Assembly: GCA_002633005.1 (NCBI GenBank)
Contig: NMRA01001091.1
Coordinates: 1-57,753, forward strand
Direction of reading: 5' to 3'
Length of the DNA stretch: 57,753 nt
From: Phoronis australis
Lineage: Eukaryota; Animalia; Phoronida
Shown: positions 37,081-52,010 of the stretch, piece after piece
How the letters are laid out: each line of letters begins with the position of its first letter
Position numbering within the stretch: position 1 is the stretch's first letter
Notes under the pieces: model-generated
The model's database searches: none
What the model saw: only the letters and a program-made list of their open reading frames with translations
What the model was told of the DNA's origin: nothing
Made by a program: the position numbers and the translations under genes

Positions 37081-37671
37081 AGAAGCTGTTCATACACATG
37101 AAGGCACTGCTTGCTGTAATACTAACTGATAAGAAGCATACACAGTAGCCAGATTGGGATATGCAATGTAGCATGTAATAGACTGAATGTACTACCGAAC
37201 AAAATCAGACAGCTATGAAATATTACTGTGACCCTGATCAACACACAATTATTACATTGCTTTAAGTTCTCAATACATTTCATTTGATCTTTTGTTAATG
37301 CTGCTTAATCTTTAAACGGGATACTTCGTCCAGTACATTCGGCATCAGAAGCATTTTCCACTTGGTTCAGCAAATGGCCAACAGTAGGCAATGGGGAGGT
37401 ATGGGAGAGGTACTCCTTCCCCGAGAAAATTTTGATAATTAAATTCTCGTTTGGTGAAATATACAGGCCACAAAATAACTTTTTTGGCATACGTTATGCA
37501 AAATTTTGGTACGGGAACCACCAGACCCGTTTCGGCACCCATGCACTACAAGTTTCAGGTACTGAAGTTCATATTTTCTATCAAAAGTTCCTTGAGCCTG
37601 CAGATTGTGGCGCCCCCTACTAATGCTCAGCTGCATAACAATCTCTCTGTCACACAGTGCCCCCTATCTAC

Positions 37672-37789
37672 CTTCAGCTGTATCACAATCTTCTATGTGT
37701 AGTCCCTCCACTAGCTCATTCACAAGATCATCTGCGTCGACCCGCGTCGCATCGATTCTCTCTTTGTTCGTTCTATCCATCTCTACCCT
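37672..37789 (-). CDS. FAM102A: FAM102A-like exon 6
   Basis: TCTGCAG| RVEMDRTNKERIDATRVDADDLVNELVEGLHIEDCDTAE G|GTAGAT. TRVDAD motif. Confidence 0.9.
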
Positions 37790-37985
37790 CTGCAGAAGAG
37801 TATTGAATTCAAATGATGTTACCATGGCAACACAATAATTGGTGATGCTAGCCCTCCTTTTCGTCCACACAAATTTGAAGAACATTATGAAAAATCAAAA
37901 ATTCAACAAACAACTGGAGAACTGTAAGTGCTGCTCCATTTAAAAACATAAGCAAAATATTTTAAGTCCATGTATAAAAACGAAC

Positions 37986-38152
37986 CCGCCGCTTGTTTGA
38001 ATCACTCCTACTAGACCCATTGCTAGGGTTCCGCGTGTGACCCAGTTCTGTTGCCGTGGCACTCGACTGTCTGCTGTGGCTAGCATTGCTAACATAACCT
38101 GTGGATGTGAAGCTATCAGAACGCGAGTGACCTTGCTGGTGACTGGCCGGTT
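37986..38152 (-). CDS. FAM102A: FAM102A-like exon 5
   Basis: ATTTCAG| EPASHQQGHSRSDSFTSTGYVSNASHSRQSSATATELGHTRNPSNGSSRSDSNKRR |GTTCGT. HSRxxS repeats typical of FAM102. This is not the frame shown in the ORF track. Confidence 0.85.
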
Positions 38153-38436
38153 CTGAAATGGATTTCTATTGGTTAGCATTCGAGGTAGAGTCGGATTTTT
38201 GCAAATAAAAGTAATATAACCATAAACAGAAATGGCAAGAATTATTGGACTGTTATCTGGAGTTCCCTGACATGATGTATGACTGCAAGTGGAATTCACC
38301 ATCAAAGAGGCTAGAATGACTACTCATGACAGTTCATGACACTGGAACATGGTTTACATGTTTTATGAACACTATGGAAGAACAGACGATGAAAGCAATA
38401 AAAAATAACTAAATCAATAAACAAAGCATGTCAAAC

Positions 38437-38612
38437 CTGGAGAAGATTTCTTGTAACGCGTCAAGCTGCCGAAGCCACTGCTAGCGCCCTCACTGGCATC
38501 CTCGTCCCTAGTGGCATCGGCTTCCTCCTCCGAGTCACCTTGACCTTTGTTATCTAGTGTGAGTTCATCCAGAAGTGTCTCCCCAGACAACGGCAGTTTC
38601 TGACCACTAGGA
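38437..38612 (-). CDS. FAM102A: FAM102A-like exon 4
   Basis: TCTTCAG| PSGQKLPLSGETLLDELTLDNKGQGDSEEEADATRDEDASEGASSGFGSLTRYKKSSP G|GTTTGA. Phase 2 to 1. Confidence 0.85.
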
Positions 38613-39068
38613 CTGAAGATAACAGGTGCAATGTGCATGGACGAGAACATTTATGTACATAACTTGCAAAGTGCTCGGGGTCCTTTTAAAGGCATGAACA
38701 TCAAAACAGCTGCTTCACTGAAGTCATTGTATTAGATTGCAGATTTTTTATTACAATTATCCTTTTCAGAGTTTTAAGATATAAGATGTACAAAAAATCT
38801 GATGTGGATATGAATAAACAAGGATGTAGTCAAAAAACTGTTGACCATAAAGTCACAGAACAAATTTTGTTTCGCAATGAAAGCATAGAATTTCATTAAA
38901 ATCCCTGCGCATTGTAAGATGCTGGTTCATATAACAGCACATGTTTCAGTACACTTCTATGTAAAGTACACAGGCATGGATCTGTTTCTCTTCCTGATAA
39001 TGGCAACACTCTGGGGTGAGGCTTTCTGTACCGGGACGACTGAGACTATTGCAAACACAGGCAACTTA

Positions 39069-39350
<282 letters not shown>

Positions 39351-40322
39351 TTAACTCATTTTGAAACCTGCACCTTCAAGCTGAGATCCGGGGTTTCTAC
39401 GTAAAAAGAGGGATCCCACCCATTTCAGGTGCAATCAAATGATGGCATCAGGTGATATTGGGAGGAAGGAGATCCCCAAACCCATCTCAGGTGGCATCAG
39501 GTGATATATTTTTTTAAATATCTACAACTAAAAAATACAAATGACTAATTGAATATTCAGAACAAAAATCATTCATGCAACTTTCTTTGGCCTAACCAAA
39601 ATGACTTACCAAGAACTGTACAAACCATATTTACCTAGTATGAGTGATTAAATAGTTGCAAATTGTCAAGTTATCTTCAGTTTCAATGTTCATGTGTGTG
39701 TACAATGAAAAGATTGTCAATTATATTCATTCTATTTAGCATTATGATAACAATGAATTAAATAATGGCAAAACAAGTTGAAGACAGCTTTTGGTCAAGA
39801 ATTGATACATAAATATGATCATGAAGCACTCCCCTATTCAAATTTCACCGCATTTTTCCACATTATTGAGATCACCTTATAAGGCATAATGTACACCAAG
39901 TTCAGGCACCCCATGGTGTTGCTCAGGCAGGTAACACAACAGAGGTTGGAATATGTCAAAAAGGAGCAGCAACTTCAATGTGTGTTGTCTTTTCTCCTGT
40001 TGCAGTTAACAAATTTCTGCTGTTTGAGCACATTTCAATGACAGACATCATTTTTATTATCCACAGTGGCTAAAATGGGTGGGCAAGAACATTGCTAGGA
40101 ACACGTGGCAGTTGTCGCTAACACAGATGCTTGTTCATTAATCCCCAAACCAAAGACCAGGGGCAATGGTAAGTACTACTATAACCACAACCAGTATTTA
40201 GTTCCAGTCACTTGAGAAATGAGATGCAGCTGCTAATATTTCAATGGGTTTACCTCCAGTTAAGTGTTCAATTTTTGCCTGTTTAATGTTACCCGGACTC
40301 GTTCAACTGTAATGTCACTCAC

Positions 40323-40443
40323 CTTTCTCACAGATATCCTACACAGGCATGATTCCAGCACCCCCGTGGTAGCATTGGCGTTCATCTTACAAGCAAATAT
40401 AAACTGAGCGCCCCACTTGACACAGTGGTTATACACCTCCTCC
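40323..40443 (-). CDS. FAM102A: FAM102A-like exon 2
   Basis: TTTTCAG| (R)EEVYNHCVKWGAQFIFACKMNANATTGVLESCLCRISVRK |GTGAG. Confidence 0.94.
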
Positions 40444-42192
40444 CTGAAAAGGCAACAAAAAATGCAATCAAATTACTGTTGACACCAACCGTGCTTCAGT
40501 AGTCCTCATAACTGCATTCTGTACTGAGACCAGTGTCTACATAAGACTGGCAAGCATTGCCTTCAACAATGAAAGCAAAGAACGAGACTTCACTAATTTT
40601 AACTCGCGACTCATCCTTCCGTATTGAGCAGCAGCTCTTTAGAAGTTTTATACAATGGAAGCCACTTTATGACGAACCGCATACCGCTACAGGCCTGACG
40701 CCCAAAAATTAATAATTAGAAAAACAATAAACCAAAGGATGACTCCACTAGAGTAAGATCAGCATTTAAGCAAGGTAAGATTTACAGTGTTTCCGTTGTA
40801 TTATGCATTTGGGTCGCTGAGGGGTCATGCTTGTATTTTACATAATTTTTTACTGCAGTAAAGTAACATGCTATAATTTTGAACAAAACAACTAGATTTT
40901 ATTTCAGGAATTGGAAATGAAACAGTCTTATCAGCAGCTAGGTTGTATACACTACGCAACTTTGGTTGACTACAACTTGCGCACTAGGCAACATTGGTTG
41001 ACGGTAATTGATCATAAAAGCTTTTTAAATGAATTCACAATCAACAGCTTCTATGAATGGTATGTCGACATGATATAAATGACTCCAAAGAATTCATACA
41101 AACCACTGTTATAATTTTTCTTTCAGGGACTATTATCAATCGTGACAATGCAAGATGAGTTTTTATCACTGAACATTGGTCAAAAAGGGTTTCCAAGAAT
41201 AACATTCATTTATCACTAGTCTGATGGTTTTATACAACTAGCCTGATAACAATTCAACAATTCATATCAACCAAAACAGGGGTGTGAGAGAACGTCCAAT
41301 CAGAGGCTTATAAATGATCAAACAAAAGTTCTTGTCCCTACTAATAAAAACTGGAGGTTGTAATCTTCGTAGTCCAATTGTCAACTCTCCATGTCAAAAT
41401 ATGTCATTAGTTAATAACAATGAATAAGTGTTAGATTACTTCTAAATTTTTAGGTAAACTTTGTTTTGCAATAAACACAAATACGCCCCTCCACCACTCC
41501 ACAGTTTTATGGGCAATTTGTTTCTCTTAACAGCAGTAAATCTTGAACTGTGGACCTAAAAGATACACTTTGAGAGTACAGAGTTTTAAATTGCACAGTT
41601 CAGTTAGAGGTTTTAAGTGCTTCTCCATAGTATCTCGGCTAATCTATCATTTGTTCGAACATATACACATTAAATTGTAAGAACTTACTAAGGTAAACAG
41701 GCAACAGCAATGCAGAGCATAGATTTATGTAGCTGGCCATCAATTCTGCAAGATATCAACACTAGGAACACATACTGATGACAAATGACATGAAGATCCA
41801 TTAAAGACCTTAGTAGATAAGCTAATAAACAACTAGTTAACCCAGAAGCACTAGAGTGTACCACAGTAGTCAAATCCCATAGTAGCAAAAACTAATGGCA
41901 AAGACCTCACTACTAGTACCAGCTCACACGGTATTGTCAGATTTCTTTTAGTAAGCCCTGGATATGTGTTACTCATTATCTCTGAAAGGTCTCTTTTATG
42001 CCATAAATACAACTGATTGCCTATAAGAGTGTCATAAATCATCAGGTCATCGGTATGTTTCGAATAAGTCAAGCTGAACTTCTGGCCTCACCTCTAACAG
42101 CAATTAATACCCACGAGGCCATACCAAACGTATTCATCAAGACTTCTACAAAAAAATTTTTGATTTATTACTTGTTTAATGGGTGATAGTCA

Positions 42193-42280
42193 CTTACAGG
42201 CGTCCCACACTTCGAGAACCAGTTCTCTCCACTAAATAGCAGGCATCAAACTGGTTCTCAAAATCAGGGACACCTGTAAG
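42193..42280. repeat. Inverted-repeat (hairpin) element
   Basis: CTTACAGGCGTCCC...GAGAACCAGTT / AACTGGTTCTC...GGGACACCTGTAAG. Confidence 0.8.
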
Positions 42281-45200
42281 ACAGTGTCTATTGCCAATTA
42301 ACGAACGTTTGTTTTTAAACTGTGCCAGTGTTGTCTGGATAAATTATTACATAATCCATTCTTGTTGTTTTATTTACCTATTTATATTCTAAATTTCGTG
42401 AAACAATAGTATCCTTGGGAGGATCTGGATGGCCTTATTTAGTTTCAGATTTATTTTCTGTGTTCAACAAAGAAATGTACATGTATTTTACAATTACAAG
42501 GAAATTAAAAAACTACCAAAAGATTAGGAATACGTTGTGCCACCTGGAAGCCACCATGTCCTGAAGTATATTAGAGCTGATGCAATGAGATATACAAGTG
42601 ATACTGTAACAGTGAAACTGAAAATTGATTTAAAAGGATTATATGACACCCTTCAGTACCAGCGAGTGAGTCACTTAAATCTTTGAAACAAACTAATGCT
42701 CTGTAATGTCACTTTCCCATTAGGGAATTTTGGTCTATGGCAATTCCACCATAAGTTCTATTGTCTGGCAACATCGGAGTTACCTTTAGTTCTTTGGATT
42801 AAACACCAGGTGGCATATTTGAATCATACTCTGGAACTAATGGATTCGAGATTAATAAACATATCACGCGATTTACGATGAATAACGCCAAACTGGTCAG
42901 TTTTATTCTCTGTCACATTTCTGCTGTCTTATTCCTGTACGTGCAATTGTTATGAGTGGTAATGACAAATGTCTCGTTGAGTGTTGCGATCTAGATATAC
43001 TGGTCCAGAATTGATAACACCATGATGTGCTCCCTCATTAAAATTTCCATAAATTCTCTGACAGTAAATCCCCCTCATAAGTATTGGAAACCACAAGTCA
43101 ATTCGCTCCATTGTTCATTTGTGTTGCTCAGGCATGTTACACAATAGAGGTTGGAACATATCAACAAAGGAACAGCAATTGCAATAACCAACATTTCACT
43201 ATTCTCCCCTGTAGTCAAGTGATACTTTGTTCAACAATGAAGTAGTTCAATTTTCAATGATGGTTTTCCTTTTTATCACGGGGGGAGGGGCGTAAAATGG
43301 TAAAGAAAAAATGTTGCCACCAACAGGCACTGGTCTTCTCTAATGTTCTGCTTTCCCATTGCAATTTTACTCCCCCGGCGTAGCATTCTTTACTGACTGC
43401 AAGCAGCTCAACTTCAGTGGGAATGGTAATTTACTACCGGTCTGAATTTACTGCCGCGTTAATAAATTAACTTCCCTTGACATCATGGCATTAGTAAAAT
43501 TTAATTCAGCAGCGTAAGTCTGTGGGAACGCTTAATCCACCAGAATAAATGTGGCTGGCACAGTAAATTTTCTTTGTCAGTTTGAAGAGATTTTGTCGGT
43601 TCTGTTTCATGTCATTATCAGAGTGTACCACAAGCTTCCAGAAAATCAGAAGATCAACTTGGTGTCCAATGTGGAATTCAAAAATGAAAGACCTCTTGAG
43701 ACTTTGAAAGAAAGCATGTGATTTTGTCTCTATTTTCTCGCAGCACAGAGTTAATGAACTAGACATGAGTATCATTAAAAGCGGTAAAAACATACGCTAC
43801 CTGTGGTCTTAATCCCTTAAGATATTTAAAAATAATAGAAATTGTAATGCAAAGTGGTTGCGGTATATATGTTTATTCTTCAGCACCTATGATAGTGACA
43901 TACATGTGTACAGCAGGTGAAAGCATGAGATTTTTATGAAAAAATCAAAAGCGCATATAAAAATGAAAATGAAATAATAATTAAGAAAACTGCCGCAGCT
44001 TTTTTGATACTTGATGTTGAACACCAATATCGAACAAGTTCCTGATACTGTTGTTTTGCTAAACCTACAAGGAAGTCTATGATGAAGTCAGAAGCAGCCG
44101 CAGTGGAAACAGCATCAGCATGGATGTGGCTGCGGAAGACCAAAGTGGAAAAATCCCGTCAAATCAGAGCCTATCAACTTCGGGGGCCTAGTGCTTGAGC
44201 GTGTTCAAATTAAAGGCCGAAACAAGTTTTGAAAACTTCACCTTTTCAATGATTAATGAGGGAGCAGAGAAACACCAACTGTTTAAAGTACGTTTACTAA
44301 AAAGACACGGTCACGAGACACGATTAATGGTCACGGAAACCAATTAATGGTAGATTAGTGATAACTCAAAAAATTCAATCTAAAGTCTTTGTACATTCCA
44401 AAAATATATATTTTACCATGTTGAAATCTATACTTCTGTAGACATTTGACAAAATACAGACTTGTGGATAAGCTCATTTATAACCTAACAGAATGGAAGA
44501 GGAGAACGTGAGGCCAAGCAATATGCGGCATGCATGAATTTTTGAAAAGAGAGAACTCAACTCAATCACAGATATGGCATTGTTATTTACTTTAAAACAG
44601 CTGCATAAGTAAAATCAACATATATGCAGACGAACGTTTGCAGAACTTCCAACGATATCTTAGGTCATTTTAGTATTGAATTAAACAAGACAAATTCGTT
44701 TCGGGGGGGCGCTTATTGTAACCCAAGGCAGTTGAAACACGGTCTCCGAAACGGGTGAAATCGGAAGCTAAGATTCATCAAATTTACGCTCTGTGACGCG
44801 TCTGTAACCTGTGACAGACATTCTACAAAATTGTGGTGCATTGCTATCAAACTTAGTTGTTAAATTACGATCATTTTACAGAAAATTGTGCGGAAATCCC
44901 AGGGCAAAAAATCGCCAACTGACAGCCTTGCAATCGTCGATATGTCGACTTGAATGCTTCAACAATAAAAATACAGTTTCGACTCAAGCAAATTACCTGA
45001 AATCCACCTTAACTTTTTCAAATAGTGTCCCTAAGATTTTTAAGTTCCCGTGGAGTCGGGATTGACGGCAGGTTAAGTACAAATCTGTGCTAAATCGTGC
45101 TGTCTGTGATCGGCAACACGAGAAAAATGTCTGGACGAACACACATGTTGTTGTCACCTGATGTTTGTTCTGAAGTTCGTCTGTGGGTGTGAGTAAACGA

Positions 45201-46111
45201 GCGCGTGCGTGTCACCATAGTTCATTTGCCAGAGTAAACGCAATCCAACGAGCTAGATGTGTATAGTATCTAAAGATATTAGCACAAGCCGGTCTCATGT
45301 GCCGGTGTGGCTGGATGCGTACGTGACTATCTGACAGTTATTTTTCAGTGTAAGGGTGTTTAAGCATTCACTGTCAGTGCTCGTATTATCGGATATTTGG
45401 CTTAAAAGCACCAATTATGATTTAATCAAACAATCCCTCTTAAAAATAACGCGAACATTTTTATAGTATTAGAAACTGTCCGTTAGTGCCAATGTTCATT
45501 TCTTGCCGATGCTATGTTACTCGTTTCATGAATGGATAGTTCCCGACTAATGTCTTTGATGACAGATAGCCTACATGTATGTAGCATGCGCTTCCTGGCC
45601 ACGTGCTTTTAACACTGGCCAAGGTTTTTATTAAGTCTTCTATTCGTGGTTTTCACGTTTACAAAGAAATTTTTGGATTCCTTTTGAGGGTGGGAAATAT
45701 CTACCATACAATGCCACTGACAAGTAGGCTGCGTCTGTTCTGAAAGGCCAGACTATATAGTGGGACACATTCCTCGCAAAATCAGCAAAAACTTTCATGT
45801 TCGTTTTTAGGCATGGCAGAAGTTTGAAGTGTATAGTCACGGTTAAATACCGATATAGCGGCAAGGCTCGTGGTATACAAATTCTGTGCACAATGATTTT
45901 TTTCAGGACTGCCGGATGTTATTGATAAATTGAAGACGTTACTTTAGAATTTTAGGACTGTAGGTAACGCATTTTTCACACGTACACGTTCATGGGCTGG
46001 GCACTTATTTTAGCAAAGTCTGAAAATGCGTGGGGAGGGCGCTTATAGGGGCATGGGTGGTTATTAGGGCGAATACGGTATTGATCTCAACAATGCACAC
46101 ATATAGCACAC

Positions 46112-46257
46112 CTTGTAGTTGTCTCCGTGAAGCTCCCGCCATCTTGCAGCCTCACTTTGGCGAACAGATTTCCACTCACAAATGTGACTGACGATAGCTC
46201 AACAAGACTGAGATCCACTTGAAACTTGTAACGTTTCTTTTTGGTTATAAAAGACAT
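46112..46257 (-). CDS. FAM102A: FAM102A/EEIG1-like NT-C2 domain protein, coding exon 1
   Basis: MSFITKKKRYKFQVDLSLVELSSVTFVSGNLFAKVRLQDGGSFTETTT AG|GTGTGC. An upstream acceptor TTTTTTGTAG near 46301 implies 5'-UTR exons. Confidence 0.93.
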
Positions 46258-47879
46258 TGCTGCTCAACTCGTCACAACTTACTGCCTCTGTTGGGAATGC
46301 CTACAAAAAATTTAAAAACCACACTGTTCATGATTTTCGTAACAAAGTCTTACAGACAAACAAATCACACGATCAAATCACCGGTCATGATCAAAACATA
46401 ATGACAATCAACTCAATATTCTTTGAAGTGCTGTTATAAACGACATCAATCTAAGTGCAAATTCCATCAATTTGTTCCCACTGTTCAAGCTTCTCAAAAA
46501 ATGATTGAAAAACTTCCTCTCTAAAAACTTCCGCAAGGCATTGTATGCTCATGCTGAAATATGTTTCAAATTTTACGAGCAAAAATCTTGTGTCTAATGT
46601 TGGTTACACGTTCAATGACCAAATTTTGTACGGAATAAAAAGCCTCAAATATTTTGATTTTGTGCATAATTCCATTATAGGGCGACTCGAGTTTGCTACT
46701 TTGGCACTGAAAAAGTGTCAAATATGGAAACAAAAGGACAGCCAAGAAATGTTACATGATCCTGACATTTGTCTGCTTTGCACTGAATACGTGCCTTAGA
46801 CATGGAAAAAATAGGTCTGCCACAGAATATCACACACAGAGCACATCTTACTTCAGATATGAACAAGACTCTGGTTTGGCTCTTAAATCTGGGATCAATG
46901 AATGGTTCTTTTGATGAAAAAATATTTTTACGTAGTGTGAGATGCTTGGACAGTTTCAATTTGAAAGCTCAGTTATTCTTAAATGTGCAAGAGGCTAACA
47001 AGACAATGTTCCCACTAACCAACACTTGGTTGAACCTTGAATTCCATGTAAAACGAATGAAAATATGAGTGGAGGAAGAACAAATATGAGTAGGAAATTG
47101 GACTCACTTGTACAGGTGATTATCTAGCTTTTTATTGATGGCCACTTTTTATGAGCCGAAATTTATACGAGAATACCAGAAGCAAATACACCGTGCTTTG
47201 CATTTTTGACCGAACATTTTTGTGAGAGCTGATCTGTACATGTTTACCCAAATTTTACTATCGATCTGTCAAATACACTTAGCACAATCCAACAGCTGAC
47301 ACAGCCTTGTTATTCAATCGTCCACAACTGAATCTCACTTCCGACTTTGCAGTAAATCTAAAGTGACGAATTTCTCCCATCCAGTGCCAAGTACAGATTT
47401 TTATGAATTTCTCACTGGTAATGGATTTCATTATGATGACCAGTAAAGAGCTAGGCAACACGTGACGTAGCCCCTTAACTGGCTGGCGAGAAGCAACAAC
47501 ACTTCCCATTGTTCTCTGATCGAAAAAAATTGAGGGAGTATTTGCTTGAACTGGGAAGAGCTTAGCCAGCCAGCTATAGCTGTATGAAGACTATCGACAA
47601 AATATTTAGTATATACCTTTGTACCTCCAAGCCAGAGCTAGGCTAAAGTACGTGCATCAACGGCCTCCACTAAGGTGTCCCTTGTTGGTGTGCGACAAAA
47701 GTACTTATAGCAACATGAATTTGATGGTGTAAGCAGTGTACGGTATAATTCGGCGAAAAGCTTCCGACATATGGAGGACTGAGTAACATGACTACCGTTC
47801 TCTACCTGAGCTAGTTGAGACATTGTCAGTGTTACTGTCTACGAGTTGAATAGTCAGACCTTTATTCTTGTGCGTAGTT

Positions 47880-48002
47880 GTGGTCGGATATAATGGTCAA
47901 TGATTTTGAGAACCAGTTTCATCCGCTGAATAACGGGCCCGTTAATCGTTCGTTATTCAGTTATTGCCTGGTTCTCAAAATCAGCAACCGCTATCCGACC
48001 AC
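47880..48002. repeat. Nested inverted-repeat (hairpin) element
   Basis: GTGGTCGGATA / TATCCGACCAC outer arms, TGATTTTGAGAACCAG / CTGGTTCTCAAAATCA middle arms, CTGAATAACG / CGTTATTCAG inner arms. Confidence 0.85.
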
Positions 48003-49452
48003 TGTCCATTCATTGTGTTAGACAGAATACACTCGAAGAGTACCTCGAACTCACCGTTTATCCCCGCAAGCCGTTATAAGGAGACATCAGATTTTTGAGT
48101 GGGCACACCATATAAACTCACGCGAGAGCATCGTTTCTGTGAGACGCAAGTTCTATTTCTCTACGGTCTCTGTTCTGGGTGTTGACAAACTCAACTCTTA
48201 GGCTAATATTGGTTTTATTTATTTATCGAATAAGATCCATTTGAAACATTTACTTCTAACTTTTCTAAAATAATTTTATATATTAATAATTTTGATCGTA
48301 ATTAATGTTTTATTGACGGATCCATGGTTGTATCTTGATTAAATATCATTCTAAAAAATAAAAGGTTTTGATCATTATGAGGTTAAGTTTAATTTTCAGC
48401 CGCTAGGTTCGTGTTTCTCCGACAGGGGCGCGGCCGTGTAAACACACCGTGAAAAGCCAATAACAGCTTAAAACTGTCAGTTTTGAAGCCTTAGATTCAT
48501 ATCAAAGTCAGTGGACTATGGAACAGATTGACACCAATTTCATAACGGTAGAGCAGAGAAGAATAGGGTAGAGTGGAGTCAATCATTTTATTAGAAATCG
48601 GTCTGAGACAAAATACGTACATGTACCCGCCACTTCATCACTAGAATGACTCACTCAAATGTAGACGGTTGTGAACAATAAATACAGTATTGACACAACA
48701 GCATGTTTCTAGCTGTTTCCTTGAATCAATTGCTAGCACTTAGCTATAACAATATCAAAATCATACAAAAACAAAATCTCTCTCACTGGAGTCAAAAATA
48801 TCAAAGAAGCAAGATTCTCTAAAAATCTATGGAAGTCGCATTCAGCTAGGTCGACTCAGTCACGATCAATGAGCTATATACATAGAGATGACACGACAAT
48901 ACTGGCAAGCCAGACAGCGCGTGACACGCGGTCCGCCATATTGATGATGGACGATTTGTAAACTAAAGCACGGTGGCCGTATGGAAGCCGGGCAATTTTT
49001 AGAATAAAATTTGAAATTTTGAATACTAAAGAGGTTTTAAAATGTTGGTAACATAAAGCAACGTAAATACGTGACCCTTGCGTTGCTTAAACGGTCATGA
49101 TAAGGCCGAGAAAAAAATAATTTCCCAATTATTTGACTGAATAGCTGCCGTTATGCCCTGGGATCTCTTGCCAGTTTACGAATTGCAGCGCATATACTTT
49201 ATAATAGTTTAAAAATATCTCGATGACTTTCATAATAGCCACATGAGAATCTAGCCATTAACACATTTTGTTTGAACTAAACTTATAAATGTACAGAACT
49301 TGATTATTAGTTGTTTACAAGCCGGATAGGGCGATCAGCTGGGGGAGACACTCCCATCAACCAGTCAGCTTTAGCCTAAAGAGATCCTACTTAATACATC
49401 GGGAAATTTTATGAACTTCCCCTCAACCTTGAAAATAGTTGAACTGAAATTT

Positions 49453-49787
49453 CAGAGGCGCATCTAGGATATCATAAGGGGGCGGGCCCAACATTTTGTC
49501 TCCGCGGGAATCGCACAAAGCACAATTGCGTGGGCGCACCCAGCCTAAAATTGGGGAGCTCGGAAAAAAAGATGGGAAACCGATTGCGCCGGCGATCTGA
49601 CACTTGCACACGCACATAAACTAAAACTAAAACTGCACACATTGTTAAATCTTGTTTCAACCGCATGTTAATTACTGGGGTTACTTAACGAACTCAATAT
49701 TTCCTGACGCTCTTGATGTTCTATTTTTTCGGCAGACAAGGGCAGGGAGGAGCGCGGCCCGGGCCCACCCCTCTAAATCCGCCAATG
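49453..49787. mobile_element. Short TIR element related to 1377-1529
   Basis: Ends CAGAGGCGCATCTAG / CTAAATCCGCCAATG around a GC-rich core. Confidence 0.45.
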
Positions 49788-50983
49788 AATTTCCCAGAAA
49801 CACTGCTGCCGCCGAAGTAGCATATGCAAGGATAGAAATTCCCTAAAACTGGCTGTAATTGTCTACTTCAAGTTGTATCAACCAAGAACATGTATACACG
49901 TTTTAGAAAATGGAAAAAAGGTGTTGGCCTGTATTTATTTCTTCATGATTGCGCCGTCACAAATAAATCAGTGTAACTGTTGGTCAAACCTCAGTGATGC
50001 TCTTCGTGTTTATCCTAAGTGGAAAACTAATTGCGTACATTTTGACACTCTATTGTCTCAAAATTTAAACCATTGTATCATAGAACCTGTGTCAAAATAC
50101 AGTAGTGATTGGGTGGATTCAGAATTTTTTAACAAAGTAGGCACAATGTTAATCTTTATACCAATGTACCCCCTTGGATCTGCCCATCATGCATGGAATC
50201 GCAAATTTTTCCATCAATAACATTTAGAATGACAAGGGTAACAAAAACTTTTAACCTCAGAAACAACACATTGAGATGCCATTCCAAACAGGTTCCAATT
50301 TATTCCAAATATCATAATGGTATTGCGATACTAAAAACTCACACGCAACAAAAACAAAACTGCCATTAAGAGGCGCCACAGTAATCGGCCATCCAAAAGT
50401 CGTTGGTATATGCCCTCTTCCAGTGAGAAGATATCTGTCAATTAACATAATTATCTTAAGAGTGGCTAGGCCAACAGAGAAGGCGATGCCAAAACCAACT
50501 AAAGAATAACAACAGCCACTCACAACCAGTTACCATGGCGTGTACAAACAACACATTGTTCGCATGTTCTTTAAAACTTCATGTACTCAAAAAACTTTGT
50601 CTGCAACAGCTCAGTAAGTAACAAAGCTTTTAGGAAATGTGCTTCAAGAAAAAAATGCCAGTCTGCTAAGGCTATTTTTGCACAATTTTGCTGTTCTTCC
50701 TTTAAGCTAATCTGACAGCTTGTAGACAATGGACTAAGGTAACATAACAGACACAGTAACAAGCTAAGTCCATTTCCTGTTGATGAATCCATTCGAGCTG
50801 GCCACTGCTGAAGAACATGGTTTGCTAATGTCGACTTCAGGGTTCAACTCATTTCATGTTTTTTACTTTGGCAAGTTAATACTAAAAACTTGACACATAT
50901 TTATAGGGACTAAATGAGCTGAACAATTGTTTCTGCTATTAAATCTCCCCTGCAATGTTGTTTTATTTTAATTATATTTTCAG

Positions 50984-51013
50984 TTCAAAACACAGTTGCA
51001 CAGGGCTTCGAAG
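50984..51013 (+). other. Candidate 30-nt micro-exon, possibly of the KChIP gene
   Basis: Long T-rich tract plus CAG acceptor and AAG|GTATGA donor. Length is divisible by 3. No recognisable homology. Confidence 0.3.
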
Positions 51014-51329
51014 GTATGATTATATGCGAACTAAGAAAAATACAAATAATTATTTTTTCATTTAAAAAATCATCAACGACCATCCACTCCTTTTCAGAAA
51101 TTTTGGCCAGGAATTCAAACAAATTCCATCATTGAAAGCTCAAAAGGCCAAAAATTACATAATTGGTCCTAAGTGTCCGGTCATTTTGAAAACTGCAGTT
51201 AAATGCTACACAATACACGGGCACGACGCCCCACTATCGTCCATCAGCAAGATGGCGGACCACTTCGCACAACGAAAACCACGTGATGTCAACTCTAGTT
51301 ATATTTATCTCATTGGTTCAAATCTCTAT

Positions 51330-52009
51330 CTAATGTGGTAGTTTGGCAAAAATCCAAAAAATTTTCGAGAAAATTGAAAATTTGCCGTTTTTTTTGAAAT
51401 TGAAAGTCAAATAACTCGAAAACGGTAAGTCTGAGAAATACGCTCTCGCAGACTTTTTGAAAGGCCATACTTCAAGGAATCCACATGCAAAAATTCACGT
51501 CATTTGCTCTTCCCAAAAAAAATGCGACACCAGAGCGATTGAAACCGTGTGAACATGCCCCACAGCCGCCATCTTGAAGGTGACTTCCGGTTCAATAATT
51601 TTTTATAAAAGCTTATTAGACTCAACAAACACGTGACCAGTTTGAAAGTGATTGGTTTGCAATTGCGCCCTCTACAGGAGAAAACGTTTTTAGCCATATT
51701 TCGGGGTGCGCATGTGCCACGTCCAATATTTCCGCCATCTTTAACCGGAAGTTAACGATTTTCTGCACAATTGTAGCACATGCGTTCTAGTATATTCGTA
51801 CCGATTTTCAGCCATGTAGGTCGAAAAATGCGGCCTCTACGAGTATTTGACTGTGAAATCGGATACAAAATGGCCGCCACGTCCGCCATTTTGTATCCGA
51901 TCATGACCAAAAACAATAGCGTTCCAGTGATTCCGGATCTACATGTTGTGTGCAAATTTCGTGAAAATCTGACCAGAATTGCGACTTGTAGAGAGCGAAC
52001 AAACAAAAA
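51330..52009 (+). mobile_element. Probable non-autonomous interspersed element, truncated by an N
   Basis: Recurrent CCGCCAT(C/T)TT, CTCTAC-x-G and AAATTTC blocks at a rough spacing of 150-170 bp, ending in ACAA-type microsatellite. Boundaries approximate. Confidence 0.4.
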
Positions 52010-52010
52010 N

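Noticed and set aside
37940-38305. 121-aa minus-strand ORF as a FAM102A exon
   Set aside because: The conserved HSRxxS motifs and correct phases are in a different frame (38152-37986).
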